From: an uncultured Clostridia bacterium
Lineage (GTDB): Bacteria; Bacillota; Clostridia; CAKSNL01; HGM11501
Direction: 5' to 3'
NCBI GenBank assembly: GCA_934476235.1
Contig: CAKSNL010000004.1
Location: forward strand, 110,582-174,581
Length of the DNA: 64,000 nt
Shown: piece by piece, positions 1 to 9,366 of the stretch
Position numbering within the stretch: the first letter of the stretch is position 1
Layout: each line of letters opens with the position of its first letter
Program-made: the position numbers and the translations under genes
Notes under the pieces: model-generated
The model's database searches: none
The model's input: only the letters and a program-made list of their open reading frames with translations
What the model was told of the DNA's origin: nothing

Positions 1-366
1 AAAAGAAGAGTCACCCATGTTATATATGAAGACGACCGCGTTTTAAAGTCTGTCAAGGCGTTAAAAGAGGGCGACATTAAGGCGTTCGGTCAGTTCATGA
101 ACCAGTCGCACGCGTCGCTGCGCGACCTTTTCGAGGTAACGGGCGAGGAGCTTGACACGCTTGCCGAAACCGCACAGGGCGTTCCCGGCGTTATCGGAAG
201 CAGAATGACGGGCGGCGGCTTCGGCGGCTGCACTGTCAGCATCGTTAAAAATGACGCGATCGATAACTTTATCGAGACAGTCGGAAAGATTTATAAAGAC
301 AAGATCGGTTACGAGGCTTCGTTCTACATTTTCGATATCGGCGACGGAGCAAGGGAGTTAAAGTAA
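1..366 (+). CDS. galK: galactokinase (GHMP kinase family), C-terminal part; 5' end lies outside the window
   Basis: Frame 1 is open from nt 1. GHMP-kinase C-terminal motif GGGFGGCTVSIV and GalK-like FGQFMNQSHASLRD; stop at 364-366. Confidence 0.6.
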   Translation, partial: KRRVTHVIYEDDRVLKSVKALKEGDIKAFGQFMNQSHASLRDLFEVTGEELDTLAETAQGVPGVIGSRMTGGGFGGCTVSIVKNDAIDNFIETVGKIYKDKIGYEASFYIFDIGDGARELK

Positions 367-402
367 AAAATCCTACAAAAAAAGTAACGGTTTTACGAAA
401 AA

Positions 403-436
403 GGTACTGCAGCTTAAAAGCTGCAGTACCTTTTTT
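403..436 (+). terminator. rho-independent terminator after galK
   Basis: GGTACTGCAGC-ttaaaa-GCTGCAGTACC followed by TTTTTT. Confidence 0.7.
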
Positions 437-530
437 AATATTCAAAAGAGCAAAGTAATCAAAAAACTGTCAACTTCCTTTTCTCTCGCTTAATTGACAA
501 AAAATTAACAATTTGTTTACCTCATATCCA

Positions 531-559
531 TTGACTTATCCGCCGTTTTGATTTATTAT
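531..559 (+). promoter_or_regulatory. sigma-A-like promoter of the ADH gene
   Basis: TTGACT, 17-bp spacer, TATTAT, about 55 bp upstream of the ATG. Confidence 0.5.
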
Positions 560-613
560 GTAGTCAGAAGGGCGGTAAACTTTCCGCCCAAAGAAAAAAG
601 GAGTTGTTTTCAG

Positions 614-1762
614 ATGGTAAACAGATTTATTTTGAATGAAACCTCTTATCACGGCGCCGGGGCGATAAATTCCATTCCCGACGAAATCAGGGCGCGGGGC
701 TTTAAGAAAATATTAGTTGTTACCGACCCCGGTCTTTTAAAATTCGGCGTCACCGCCAAGGTAACGGACATTCTTGACCGCGAGAAGATCTCCTACTCTG
801 TATTTTCAAGTCTTCAGGCAAACCCGACCATAACAAACGTTAAGGACGGAGTTGAAGCCTTCAAAGCGTTCGGTGCGGACGCGCTCATTGCGGTCGGCGG
901 CGGCTCGGCAATGGACACGTCAAAGGCAATCGGCATTATAATAAATAATCCCGAATTTGCCGACGTGAGAAGCTTAGAGGGCGTTGCACCCACCAAAAAC
1001 AAGGCGGTTCCGATCATTGCGGTGCCCACGACTGCCGGCACTGCGGCGGAGGTTACAATAAACTATGTCATTACCGACGAGGAAAAGCACCGCAAAATGG
1101 TGTGCGTTGACGTTCACGACATTCCGGTGATTGCGGTTATCGACCCGGACATGATGTCGTCAATGCCCCCGTCACTGACCGCGGCAACCGGAATGGACGC
1201 GCTGACCCACGCAATCGAGGGCTACATTACGAAAGGCGCATGGGCGCTTTCCGATATGTTCCACTTAAAAGCAATCGAAATCATTTCCCGTTCGCTGCGC
1301 GGCGCGGTTGCGAACACGCCCGAGGGGCGCGAGGGCATGGCACTCGGGCAGTATGTTGCCGGCATGGGCTTCTCCAATGTCGGGCTCGGAATCGTTCATT
1401 CGATGGCTCACCCGTTAGGCGCGCTTTATAACACTCCCCACGGCGTTGCGAACGCCATCATCCTTCCCACGGTCATGGAATACAATGCTCCGGCGACCGG
1501 CGAAAAATACCGCCACATCGCTGCGGCGATGGGCGTTCCCGGCACCGAAAGCATGACGGAGACCGAGTTCCGTGCGGCGGCAATCAATGCTGTCAAGAAG
1601 TTGGCGTCCGACGTTAACATTCCCAAGGACTTAAAGGACATTGTGAAAGAGGAGGATATCCCCTTCCTTGCACAGTCCGCGTTTGACGATGCATGCAGAC
1701 CCGGAAATCCGAGGGACACAAGCGTTTCGGAGATTGCCGAGCTTTATAAGTCACTTATATAA
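614..1762 (+). CDS. iron-containing alcohol dehydrogenase, lactaldehyde reductase (FucO)-like
   Basis: ATG at 614 preceded by AAAGGAG. Fe-ADH motifs GGGSAMDTSKA, VPTTAGTAAE and HAIEGY, with a FucO-like N-terminus. Confidence 0.8.
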   Translation: MVNRFILNETSYHGAGAINSIPDEIRARGFKKILVVTDPGLLKFGVTAKVTDILDREKISYSVFSSLQANPTITNVKDGVEAFKAFGADALIAVGGGSAMDTSKAIGIIINNPEFADVRSLEGVAPTKNKAVPIIAVPTTAGTAAEVTINYVITDEEKHRKMVCVDVHDIPVIAVIDPDMMSSMPPSLTAATGMDALTHAIEGYITKGAWALSDMFHLKAIEIISRSLRGAVANTPEGREGMALGQYVAGMGFSNVGLGIVHSMAHPLGALYNTPHGVANAIILPTVMEYNAPATGEKYRHIAAAMGVPGTESMTETEFRAAAINAVKKLASDVNIPKDLKDIVKEEDIPFLAQSAFDDACRPGNPRDTSVSEIAELYKSLI

Positions 1763-1794
1763 AAAATACTTTTCATTTCTCCTTCTCTCTATTA

Positions 1795-1829
1795 AAAAGG
1801 TTCTTCAGCATAAGCTGAAGAACCTTTTT
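1795..1829. terminator. bidirectional terminator between convergent genes
   Basis: GGTTCTTCAGC-ataa-GCTGAAGAACC with T-runs on both strands. Confidence 0.7.
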
Positions 1830-1832
1830 GCT

Positions 1833-3323
1833 TTACACATACGGGATAATGTTTTCACCCTCAAACCAGCCGGACTTTTTCAGGTCTCCTCCGCTCGGCA
1901 GAAGCTTTCTTAAGTTCTGCATGCCGACGCACTTGTAGACCTCCCATGTCCTCCGGTCGGCATACTTATCGTCCTCCGACCACATCTGGCATGCGGCGTA
2001 TATGATGTTTTTCGTGTCTCTCCCAGCCGTGTTCCACGTCGTGGCGATAACGCCCAAAAGGGAATGATTCTTCGCCAGAGCGCATCTTCCGTTGATATTC
2101 TCCGCCGCACTGACGTTATTATAACCCTCCCACGGCGACAATACGACGGTTCCGGGCTCCCGCCTCTCTGCAAAATACTTCACCGACTCGTCCCTGTCGC
2201 CTCCGATATTATACTGCCAGTCGTCAATAATTATTTTTTTACTGAGCCGTGCGAGGTTGCGTTCCGAATCCGCGCATCTGTTGGAAACATTGTGGCAGTA
2301 GGGAAACTTAAATACCTTTCTGTCCAAAAACATGTCTCCCCACATGATCATTTTTCTGCCGCTTTCCTCAATTTCTGCCGCGGTGGAGTTTAAGAAGTCT
2401 ACAAAAGCGCGGTTCTGTGCCCCGTCCATACCGTCATCGTCCCCGTCGCAGATATATGCCTCGTCGCATCCGACGTGAAAATATTCTCCCTCACCGAAAA
2501 GCCCGCAAAGCTCTGCGCGTGCCGACCTTAAAAGCTCCCTCACCTCAGGCATTGACACCTTCCACGTCCATCCTCCGGGTTCAAAGTATTCCTCATACTC
2601 CGGAGCGTTGTCTATCAAGACGTTCTTGCCCGCCTTAAACCTTGACTGCGCGGCGTGCCCCAGGTGGTTAAACATCGGAATAAATTCAATGCCGAACGCC
2701 TTGCCGTCCTCAATGACCGTGCGAAGCTCATCGGCTGAGTATCCGTCCCTCCAGCCAAGCTCCTTCATAAAGCTGAATTTATACATTCCCCAGAATTCAA
2801 GTATCACATGCGAATACTTTAAAAGTCCGCAGAGTCTTACCGCCTTTTGCAGAAACAAAAGCGAGGTTTCCGGGAACACGCAAAGGTGGATGCCGCGCAG
2901 CTTCAGCACCGGTCTGTCCGAAACGGTGCAGCACGGAATCTTAAAGTTTTTGTTTCTATTACTGTAAGGACCGATCATCTGAAGCAGTGTGGAAAAGGCG
3001 TGAATAAGTCCATTTTCTTCGCTGTACAAAACCCATATACCATTATGAGTACACTCAAGCGTGTACTCATAATTTGTTTTATCCTTATTTATCTGATAAT
3101 CCTTGCTTTTTTTGATCAGCGCACAACCCGAAAGCCCGTCCGCCTCAACAAGCACAAGATGCGACTTTCCGGCAGTGAAGTTTTTCCAAAGCTCCGCGCA
3201 TTTTTTCTTGAAAAACTCATTTTTAATGTTTTTATCAATGATAAAATACAGCGTTTCGCTTTCAGAAAAGACAAAACTGCCTTCTTTTTCTTTGCACTTT
3301 GAAGGTGCGGGAAAAACATTCAT
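1833..3323 (-). CDS. glycoside hydrolase family 20 (beta-N-acetylhexosaminidase)-like protein
   Basis: 496-aa ORF with a GH20-like catalytic H-x-G-x-D-E motif (HVGCDEA) and TIM-barrel-like context. Its start is only 24 nt from the secF stop. Confidence 0.5.
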   Translation of the reverse strand: MNVFPAPSKCKEKEGSFVFSESETLYFIIDKNIKNEFFKKKCAELWKNFTAGKSHLVLVEADGLSGCALIKKSKDYQINKDKTNYEYTLECTHNGIWVLYSEENGLIHAFSTLLQMIGPYSNRNKNFKIPCCTVSDRPVLKLRGIHLCVFPETSLLFLQKAVRLCGLLKYSHVILEFWGMYKFSFMKELGWRDGYSADELRTVIEDGKAFGIEFIPMFNHLGHAAQSRFKAGKNVLIDNAPEYEEYFEPGGWTWKVSMPEVRELLRSARAELCGLFGEGEYFHVGCDEAYICDGDDDGMDGAQNRAFVDFLNSTAAEIEESGRKMIMWGDMFLDRKVFKFPYCHNVSNRCADSERNLARLSKKIIIDDWQYNIGGDRDESVKYFAERREPGTVVLSPWEGYNNVSAAENINGRCALAKNHSLLGVIATTWNTAGRDTKNIIYAACQMWSEDDKYADRRTWEVYKCVGMQNLRKLLPSGGDLKKSGWFEGENIIPYV

Positions 3324-3347
3324 CGCGATCCCAACCCTTTATTTATA

Positions 3348-4322
3348 TTACTGCTCCGACTTCTTCGGTGCGCCGACATACTTTTTCTTGCCGGGGGTCT
3401 TTTTATTTGCAGCCTTGTTTCTTCTGCGTTTCGCAACATCATTCTTCATCTTAACCCAGAGCGGTGCGCAAAGGAAGATGGAAGCGTAGGTACCTGCTAT
3501 GATACCGATGATGATCGGAAGCGCGAATTCTCTTATCGAGTTAACGCCTAAGATATAGAGCATTCCGATAGTGATAAGAGTCGTGATGGAGCTGTTTATG
3601 GTTCTGTTTAATGACTGTGCCGTACTTGCATCGGCAATCTCCTCGTAAGACGCGCTCTTGTTCTTTCTTAAGTTTTCACGGACACGGTCGAATATAACGA
3701 TGGTGTTGTTAATCGAATATCCGACTATTGTGAGTATCGCCGCTACGAATGAATTGTTTACCGGAATTTTGAATAATGCATAGAAGCCTATCATTATAAC
3801 AATGTTATGGATAAGTCCCGCAACCGCAGAAACACCGGATAAAAATTCGAATCTTACCGTGATGTATAAAAGCATCAGGGCAACCGCGATAAGAACCGCA
3901 TACATAGAATCGGTAAGGATCTTCTTACTGGTTCCCGCGCTGATTGTCGTCACGTTTCTCTCGCTTGCGGGAATCGTGATATTGTACTTTGCTTCGATTT
4001 CGGAGAAAATGTTTTCAAGCTTCTCATTTGCCCCGCCGTCGGAATAAGGAAGCTCGATAGTCTTTACGGAAACCGACTTTCCGCCGTCAACCAGCTGCGC
4101 CTGAACGTCGCCCTCGCCGATAATGCCCGATACGATCGACTCAATATCGTCCGTCGAGAACTCGGCGCCCTGCATATCAAGCTGGATCGTGGTACCGCCC
4201 GTGAAGTCAATACCGTAGGAAAGACCGCCGTGTATCAGGAGCCCTACGATTCCGGCAAGAACCAAAACCAATGATACGATAGCAAAATATTTACTCTTTT
4301 CGGTATATTTAAACTGTTTCAT
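3348..4322 (-). CDS. secF: protein-export membrane protein SecF
   Basis: SecF-like multi-TM protein (GIDFTGGTTIQL) immediately downstream of secD, overlapping it. Confidence 0.9.
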   Translation of the reverse strand: MKQFKYTEKSKYFAIVSLVLVLAGIVGLLIHGGLSYGIDFTGGTTIQLDMQGAEFSTDDIESIVSGIIGEGDVQAQLVDGGKSVSVKTIELPYSDGGANEKLENIFSEIEAKYNITIPASERNVTTISAGTSKKILTDSMYAVLIAVALMLLYITVRFEFLSGVSAVAGLIHNIVIMIGFYALFKIPVNNSFVAAILTIVGYSINNTIVIFDRVRENLRKNKSASYEEIADASTAQSLNRTINSSITTLITIGMLYILGVNSIREFALPIIIGIIAGTYASIFLCAPLWVKMKNDVAKRRRNKAANKKTPGKKKYVGAPKKSEQ

Positions 4323-5613
4323 TTACCGCACCCCTTTTCACGCCGAACCAGCCGGAACTCTTTATACCAAATCCGTTTACAAGAAGCTTAACCATAATCT
4401 TGGTAAGGATTATAGCCGTAAAGAAGCTTACAAGCGTACCAACGCCGAGCGTTACGGCGAAGCCCTTTATGGAGCCCGTGCCGAACATATAAAGAACGAC
4501 TGCGGCAATCATTGTTGTAATATTCGCGTCGAAGATCGCGATCATTGCTCTGTTAAACGCAGAGTCGATAGACGCGCCGACCGTCTTTCCTGTTCTGAGC
4601 TCTTCCTTAAGACGCTCAAATATGATACAGTCAGCGTCAACCGCCATACCGATTGAAAGAACAAGACCCGCAATACCCGAAAGTGTCAGCGTCGCACCGA
4701 TTCTGATCAAAATGATTACGACCAGGTTCGTGTATGCGCAAAGGCTGATTGAAGCCACAACGCCGGCAAGACGGTATATGGCAATCATGAATACGATAAC
4801 CAAAAGTATACCGATTCCGCCCGCGATAAGGCTCTTTGAAAGCGCCTCGTCACCCAAGGTAGGTCCGACGCTCTGAAGCTGAGAAACCTCAAGCTTAAAG
4901 GGAAGCTGACCGCTTCTTATCTGTGCGGCAAGCGTGTTTGCCGAATCCTTATCGAAGTTGCCGGTTATAACGCAGCTCTCCGAGTCGATAACCTCGGAAA
5001 CTCTGGGCTCGGAAACAGACTTATCGTCAAGATAAATTGCGATGTAGTTGTTGTTATCCGACTGATAGTTAAGTACCGTGCTTGTCGCCTCGCGGAACGC
5101 CGCCTGACCTGCCGCGGTAAGCTCCAGCGTTACGAAATACTGCGAACCGCTCGTCTCCGATATCTGACCGTAGTTCATCTTCGCGTCCTTGACATACTCG
5201 TCCGACCCGTCCATCAGGACATTGCCCTGATAGTCGCGGAATGTCAGCTGAGCCGTTGAACCGAGGATGGAAACCGCTTCCGACGGATCGTCGATATTCG
5301 GTATCTCAATTCTGACGGTGTCATCACCCTGAACGGCAACCGTCGCATCAAAATAGCTCTGACTGTCCAAACGGTTTCTCATAATGGATGTGACCGTTTC
5401 CATCTGTTCGGTCGTGGGAGTAACTCCCTCTTCCGCCTTAAATTCTATAAGCGAGCCTCCGACAAGGTCGAGTCCCTGCTTAATTCCGTACTCCTCATCA
5501 AGAGCATCCGGGAATCTGTAATCGCCGATTGTTACGTCAAACACGCAAACGTAGCAAGCCATAAATATCACAGCGGCGATCAGCAGAAATGCAATAATGT
5601 TTTTTGCTCTCAT
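4309..5613 (-). CDS. secD: protein-export membrane protein SecD
   Basis: SecD motifs GLDLVGGSL and RND-like TM region. ATG at 5613 with AGGAGGAG RBS; the ORF-track start is extended upstream. Confidence 0.9.
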   Translation of the reverse strand: MRAKNIIAFLLIAAVIFMACYVCVFDVTIGDYRFPDALDEEYGIKQGLDLVGGSLIEFKAEEGVTPTTEQMETVTSIMRNRLDSQSYFDATVAVQGDDTVRIEIPNIDDPSEAVSILGSTAQLTFRDYQGNVLMDGSDEYVKDAKMNYGQISETSGSQYFVTLELTAAGQAAFREATSTVLNYQSDNNNYIAIYLDDKSVSEPRVSEVIDSESCVITGNFDKDSANTLAAQIRSGQLPFKLEVSQLQSVGPTLGDEALSKSLIAGGIGILLVIVFMIAIYRLAGVVASISLCAYTNLVVIILIRIGATLTLSGIAGLVLSIGMAVDADCIIFERLKEELRTGKTVGASIDSAFNRAMIAIFDANITTMIAAVVLYMFGTGSIKGFAVTLGVGTLVSFFTAIILTKIMVKLLVNGFGIKSSGWFGVKRGAVNETV

Positions 5614-5647
5614 GCTTTCTCCTCCTAAAAAAATGTATAGCATATCT

Positions 5648-5676
5648 ATTATAGACCTTCCGGCGGTTTAAGTCAA
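5648..5676 (-). promoter_or_regulatory. promoter of secDF
   Basis: Minus strand TTGACT, 17-bp spacer, TATAAT, about 35 bp upstream of the secD RBS. Confidence 0.55.
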
Positions 5677-5705
5677 CTAAAATTTTATTAAAAGACACAA
5701 AAAAA

Positions 5706-5736
5706 GAAGGATTTTTAATAAAAATCCTTCTTTTTC
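5706..5736. terminator. bidirectional hairpin terminator
   Basis: GAAGGATTTTT-aat-AAAAATCCTTC with T-runs on both strands. Ends the upstream minus-strand membrane-protein gene. Confidence 0.65.
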
Positions 5737-5737
5737 C

Positions 5738-6136
5738 CTATCTTCTGCCCCGTATGTTCACGCCGATTATGCCGCCCAAAGCTCCGCCCAGAGCAAGGAG
5801 CGCCGCGGTGGGAAGCACTCCCTTGGAAAACCCCGGAAAGCCGAATGCCATAAATCCCGTGATATATAAGGCTGCCGCATATAAAAGCGCGGTCGCAATG
5901 CCCAATATAAGCCCCTGCTTCCTTAATTTCCTTCCGCCCGCCGCGGACGAGAAAAACACCGAAAGAATTGACGACGCCGTAACCAGCGCCCGCGCGACGC
6001 TCTCTTTTATATCGCCTATCAGATATACCGCGGCGAGAGCCAGTAAGAGCGCCCCGGTTAAGACAAGCGAGAGCAAAAGGCATTTTGACAAGGTATATAC
6101 AAAAAGGCTTTTTCCCGCTCTTTCGTTATCAGTCAT
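5738..6136 (-). CDS. small multi-TM membrane protein (hypothetical)
   Basis: 132 aa, three or four hydrophobic helices, between yajC and secD. Confidence 0.5.
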   Translation of the reverse strand: MTDNERAGKSLFVYTLSKCLLLSLVLTGALLLALAAVYLIGDIKESVARALVTASSILSVFFSSAAGGRKLRKQGLILGIATALLYAAALYITGFMAFGFPGFSKGVLPTAALLALGGALGGIIGVNIRGRR

Positions 6137-6189
6137 AAAAAAACCTCCTCTTTATAACTTATGTTATTCAGAGAAGGTTATTTTTATTC

Positions 6190-6531
6190 TTATTTTGCCT
6201 CCGGCTCGTCATGCTCTGTCAGGCACTTGCTGATAGAGGACTTTGCGAACTTGATCTTTGTCTTGTCCGCGGTAGACTCGATAACAACATAATCGTCCTT
6301 AACGGTCTGAACCTTGCCGTAAACTCCGCCTATCGTGATGATCTCATCGCCGGGCTTTATCGCGTCAATCATCGCGCGCTGTTTTTTCTCCTGCTTCTTC
6401 TGAGGAAGAATGAGCACGAAATAAAATACCGCAAAGATCGCCACCATAATAATGAGGCTCGACCACTGGCTTCCCGCCGCGGTTCCTGCCGCTGCAGCCG
6501 CAGTGTCTCCTGCTGCGTAAATTGTCATCAT
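6190..6531 (-). CDS. yajC: preprotein translocase subunit YajC
   Basis: One TM segment plus conserved YajC core KPGDEIITIGGVYGKV. Confidence 0.85.
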   Translation of the reverse strand: MMTIYAAGDTAAAAAGTAAGSQWSSLIIMVAIFAVFYFVLILPQKKQEKKQRAMIDAIKPGDEIITIGGVYGKVQTVKDDYVVIESTADKTKIKFAKSSISKCLTEHDEPEAK

Positions 6532-6563
6532 AACTTTTACCTCCGTTTTTTTATTTTAACCGG

Positions 6564-7391
6564 TCACTGCCTTTCGGCATTTATCCGGTCCATACACATT
6601 TTGTAATTCTTATAATAATCCGAAAAAGAATGCGGTCTTTTCGTATCGCGAGGATCGTCCGCGAGCGGGACTTCGTACATAAAGGGTCCCGAATAACCCG
6701 CGTCATCAAGCGCCGCCATAATCCTTGCCCAGTCATTTTTTCCTTCAAACGGCAGCCAGTGGCGCTCGTCCGAAAAATCATAGTCCGATATGTGCACTGT
6801 CACAATCTTTTCGCCCAGCGCACGGACAAACTCCGTATTGTCGCCAACCAGAAGATGGTTCGTATCAAAGCAGACCTTCAGTCTCCCGTCCGCGCTTATA
6901 AGCTCTTTTATCTCCTCTGCGCAGTTGCCGAGGCAAGTTCTCGGAAGATCCTCGACCGCAAGAGTCATTCCGCTCCCCGACGCGGCATCCGCAAGATAAG
7001 CAAGCGATTCCTTTGCGCATTTTAACCGCTCCGCCCGCTCATTTTCGGGGTTTGGCTCCGCGCTCGGGTGAATAACCGCGATCTTTGCGCCGGTCAGCGC
7101 CGCTTTCCTGATATATTCAGACTGGAGCAGAACCGAATTTTTTCTTATGTCTTTATCCGGGCTTGCGATATTGTTGGTCTCAAAAGGATAAAACGGCAGA
7201 TGAAAGGACCAGACCTCTACGCCCGTTTCGCCGGAGAGCCTTAATACCTCCCCCGCGTCAAGAGACTCTGTCCTTTCCGGGGAAAGCGATATTTCCAGCG
7301 CTTGGATACCGGCTTCTTTATACGATGAGAACACCTCGCGGTCAAGCCTTCCGCATGACGCCGTGGAAACGCCTAACTTACGGTCCTTCAT
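6564..7391 (-). CDS. sugar phosphate isomerase/epimerase (xylose isomerase-like TIM barrel)
   Basis: AP-endonuclease-2 / TIM-barrel family features. Inserted between tgt and yajC. Confidence 0.65.
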   Translation of the reverse strand: MKDRKLGVSTASCGRLDREVFSSYKEAGIQALEISLSPERTESLDAGEVLRLSGETGVEVWSFHLPFYPFETNNIASPDKDIRKNSVLLQSEYIRKAALTGAKIAVIHPSAEPNPENERAERLKCAKESLAYLADAASGSGMTLAVEDLPRTCLGNCAEEIKELISADGRLKVCFDTNHLLVGDNTEFVRALGEKIVTVHISDYDFSDERHWLPFEGKNDWARIMAALDDAGYSGPFMYEVPLADDPRDTKRPHSFSDYYKNYKMCMDRINAERQ

Positions 7392-7459
7392 TTTTTTCCC
7401 TCCGTTTTTAAGCCTTTAGAGTTATTCTAACACACCGCGCTCTCATTTGCAAGTATTTT

Positions 7460-8590
7460 TTAAGCTCTTTCGGAATATACCGGAATCTTCTCGCGGCGGA
7501 AGGCTTCAAATCTTCCCTCGTCAAGCGCTTCTCTGATATCCGCTGCGAGCTTGTTGTAAAAATAAATGTTGTGCTGAACGCAAAGGCGCATCCCGAGCAT
7601 TTCCTTCGCCTTCAAAAGGTGCCTGATATAGCCCTTGGAGTGATTGCGGCATGCCGGGCAGTTACATTCGGGATCTATGGGCGATGTGTCTTTTAAATAC
7701 TTGTTATTGTTTAAGTTCACGATGCCCCGGCTCGTAAACAAAAGTCCGTGCCGCGCGTTTCGCGACGGCATAACGCAGTCGAAAAAGTCCACCCCGCGCC
7801 AAACCGCCTCGATAATATTTACCGGGGTGCCGACTCCCATTAAATACCTCGGTTTGTCGGAAGGCATATAAGGCTCGACATGCTCTATGATGTCATACAT
7901 CTCCTCGGCGCTTTCGCCGACCGCGAGACCTCCTATCGCATAGCCCGGAAGGTCAAGCTCGGCTATCGCCTTCATATGCTCGATACGAAGGTCACTGTAC
8001 GTTCCGCCCTGGTTGATCCCGAAAAGCATCTGTTCTTTATTTATAGTTTCCGGAAGCGAATTGAGCCTGTCTAACTCCGCCTTGCAGCGGTAAAGCCAGC
8101 GCGTTGTCCTCTCAATGGAATTTTTAACGTAGTCATAGGGCGAGGGGTTTTCGATGCACTCGTCAAACGCCATCGCAATGGTAGACGCCAGGTGCGACTG
8201 TATCCTCATGCTTTCCTCTGGTCCCATGAATATGCTTTTCCCGTCAATGTGCGACTTGAAGGACACGCCCTCCTCCTTGATCTTTCTCAAATCGGCGAGC
8301 GAGAATACCTGAAACCCTCCGCTGTCGGTAAGGACGGGACCGGACCAGTTCATAAAAGCGCGGACACCGCCCATTTCGTATATAACGTCATCTCCCGGGC
8401 GCACATGAAGGTGATATGTATTGGAAAGCTCAATCTGGCAGCCGAGCTCCTTTAAGTCCTCAGCGTCCAGTCCGCCCTTTATCGCCGCCGCGGTGCCGAC
8501 ATTCATGAACACCGGCGTTTCCACCACACCGTGCGGACAGGTGAATCTCCCGCGCCTCGCGTTTTTTTCTTTCTTTATAACCTCAAACAT
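7460..8590 (-). CDS. tgt: queuine tRNA-ribosyltransferase
   Basis: Tgt motifs FMNVGT, TDSGGFQ and the Zn-binding CxCxxC...H. ATG at 8590 (MFEVIKK) with an AGAGGAAAAG RBS. Confidence 0.9.
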   Translation of the reverse strand: MFEVIKKEKNARRGRFTCPHGVVETPVFMNVGTAAAIKGGLDAEDLKELGCQIELSNTYHLHVRPGDDVIYEMGGVRAFMNWSGPVLTDSGGFQVFSLADLRKIKEEGVSFKSHIDGKSIFMGPEESMRIQSHLASTIAMAFDECIENPSPYDYVKNSIERTTRWLYRCKAELDRLNSLPETINKEQMLFGINQGGTYSDLRIEHMKAIAELDLPGYAIGGLAVGESAEEMYDIIEHVEPYMPSDKPRYLMGVGTPVNIIEAVWRGVDFFDCVMPSRNARHGLLFTSRGIVNLNNNKYLKDTSPIDPECNCPACRNHSKGYIRHLLKAKEMLGMRLCVQHNIYFYNKLAADIREALDEGRFEAFRREKIPVYSERA

Positions 8591-8610
8591 TCTTTTCCTC
8601 TTTCTTTTGT

Positions 8611-9045
8611 CTAACGTCCGGCAGAACCGTACTCTCTTTCCATAGCCTCCGCCGAAACGACCCACTGTTTCCCGAATTTGTAAACATCCACTCCGTTTAC
8701 AAGCTTACCGTAGCTTATAGCCTTTCTGAGTGTGCTTTCGTTAAGTCCCCAAAGTGCCGTCGCGTCCGAAAACGCCATAAGTCCGTCAAACGGTGTCTTA
8801 ATTTCCTTCCCGTTGTCCCATAATTCATCGCACGACAGGTCCAGTTCATCGTTCCACACAATGCCGTACCCCCCGACATCTACTCTGACAGATTCAAATT
8901 CACCGGGATTCTTTTTAAGTTCGGAAAATGCCGGAATCTTATTAAACAGAGGTTTTAAATCATATATCTTGGTAACGCCCTGTGCAAACTGCACGCTCAG
9001 TTTAAAATCCTTTATCGGAAAAACATTTTTTATTTTATGGAACAT
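8611..9045 (-). CDS. DUF2442 domain protein
   Basis: DUF2442-like N-terminus (FPIKDFKLSVQFAQG...DVGGYGIVWND). Paired with the upstream DUF4160 gene; GGGAGTGA RBS. Confidence 0.6.
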   Translation of the reverse strand: MFHKIKNVFPIKDFKLSVQFAQGVTKIYDLKPLFNKIPAFSELKKNPGEFESVRVDVGGYGIVWNDELDLSCDELWDNGKEIKTPFDGLMAFSDATALWGLNESTLRKAISYGKLVNGVDVYKFGKQWVVSAEAMEREYGSAGR

Positions 9046-9057
9046 AAATTCACTCCC

Positions 9058-9309
9058 TTATTCAAGTGGTTGTATGCTCTTAAACTCCTGTGTTTCCCAA
9101 ATTTCCTTCAATTCGTTTCTGTGTAGTTCGGTCCACTCTCTGACCATATCCAGTGCTTTTTTCGGAAGGCTTCCTTCAAGCACCTCTCCGGTCATAAAAT
9201 CAATTGCTGCAACATCCTCATTATATATCGCATGTATATGCGGAGGATTGTGCTCGCTCTGTAAAAAATACATTCTTATGATTATTCCGTAAAACCTCGA
9301 TAATACCGG
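9058..9309 (-). CDS. DUF4160 domain protein
   Basis: MPVLSRFYGIIIRMYFLQSEHNPPHIHAIY is the canonical DUF4160 N-terminus. ATG at 9309. Confidence 0.65.
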   Translation of the reverse strand, partial: PVLSRFYGIIIRMYFLQSEHNPPHIHAIYNEDVAAIDFMTGEVLEGSLPKKALDMVREWTELHRNELKEIWETQEFKSIQPLE

Positions 9310-9332
9310 CATTTCCCCCACCTCTCAACACC

Positions 9333-9361
9333 ATTTTATCACGATACCGTGATGTTGTCAA
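9333..9361 (-). promoter_or_regulatory. promoter with a palindromic operator for the DUF4160-DUF2442 cassette
   Basis: Minus strand TTGACA, 17-bp spacer, TAAAAT. The spacer contains the dyad ATCACGgtatCGTGAT. Confidence 0.55.
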
Positions 9362-9366
9362 TATGC

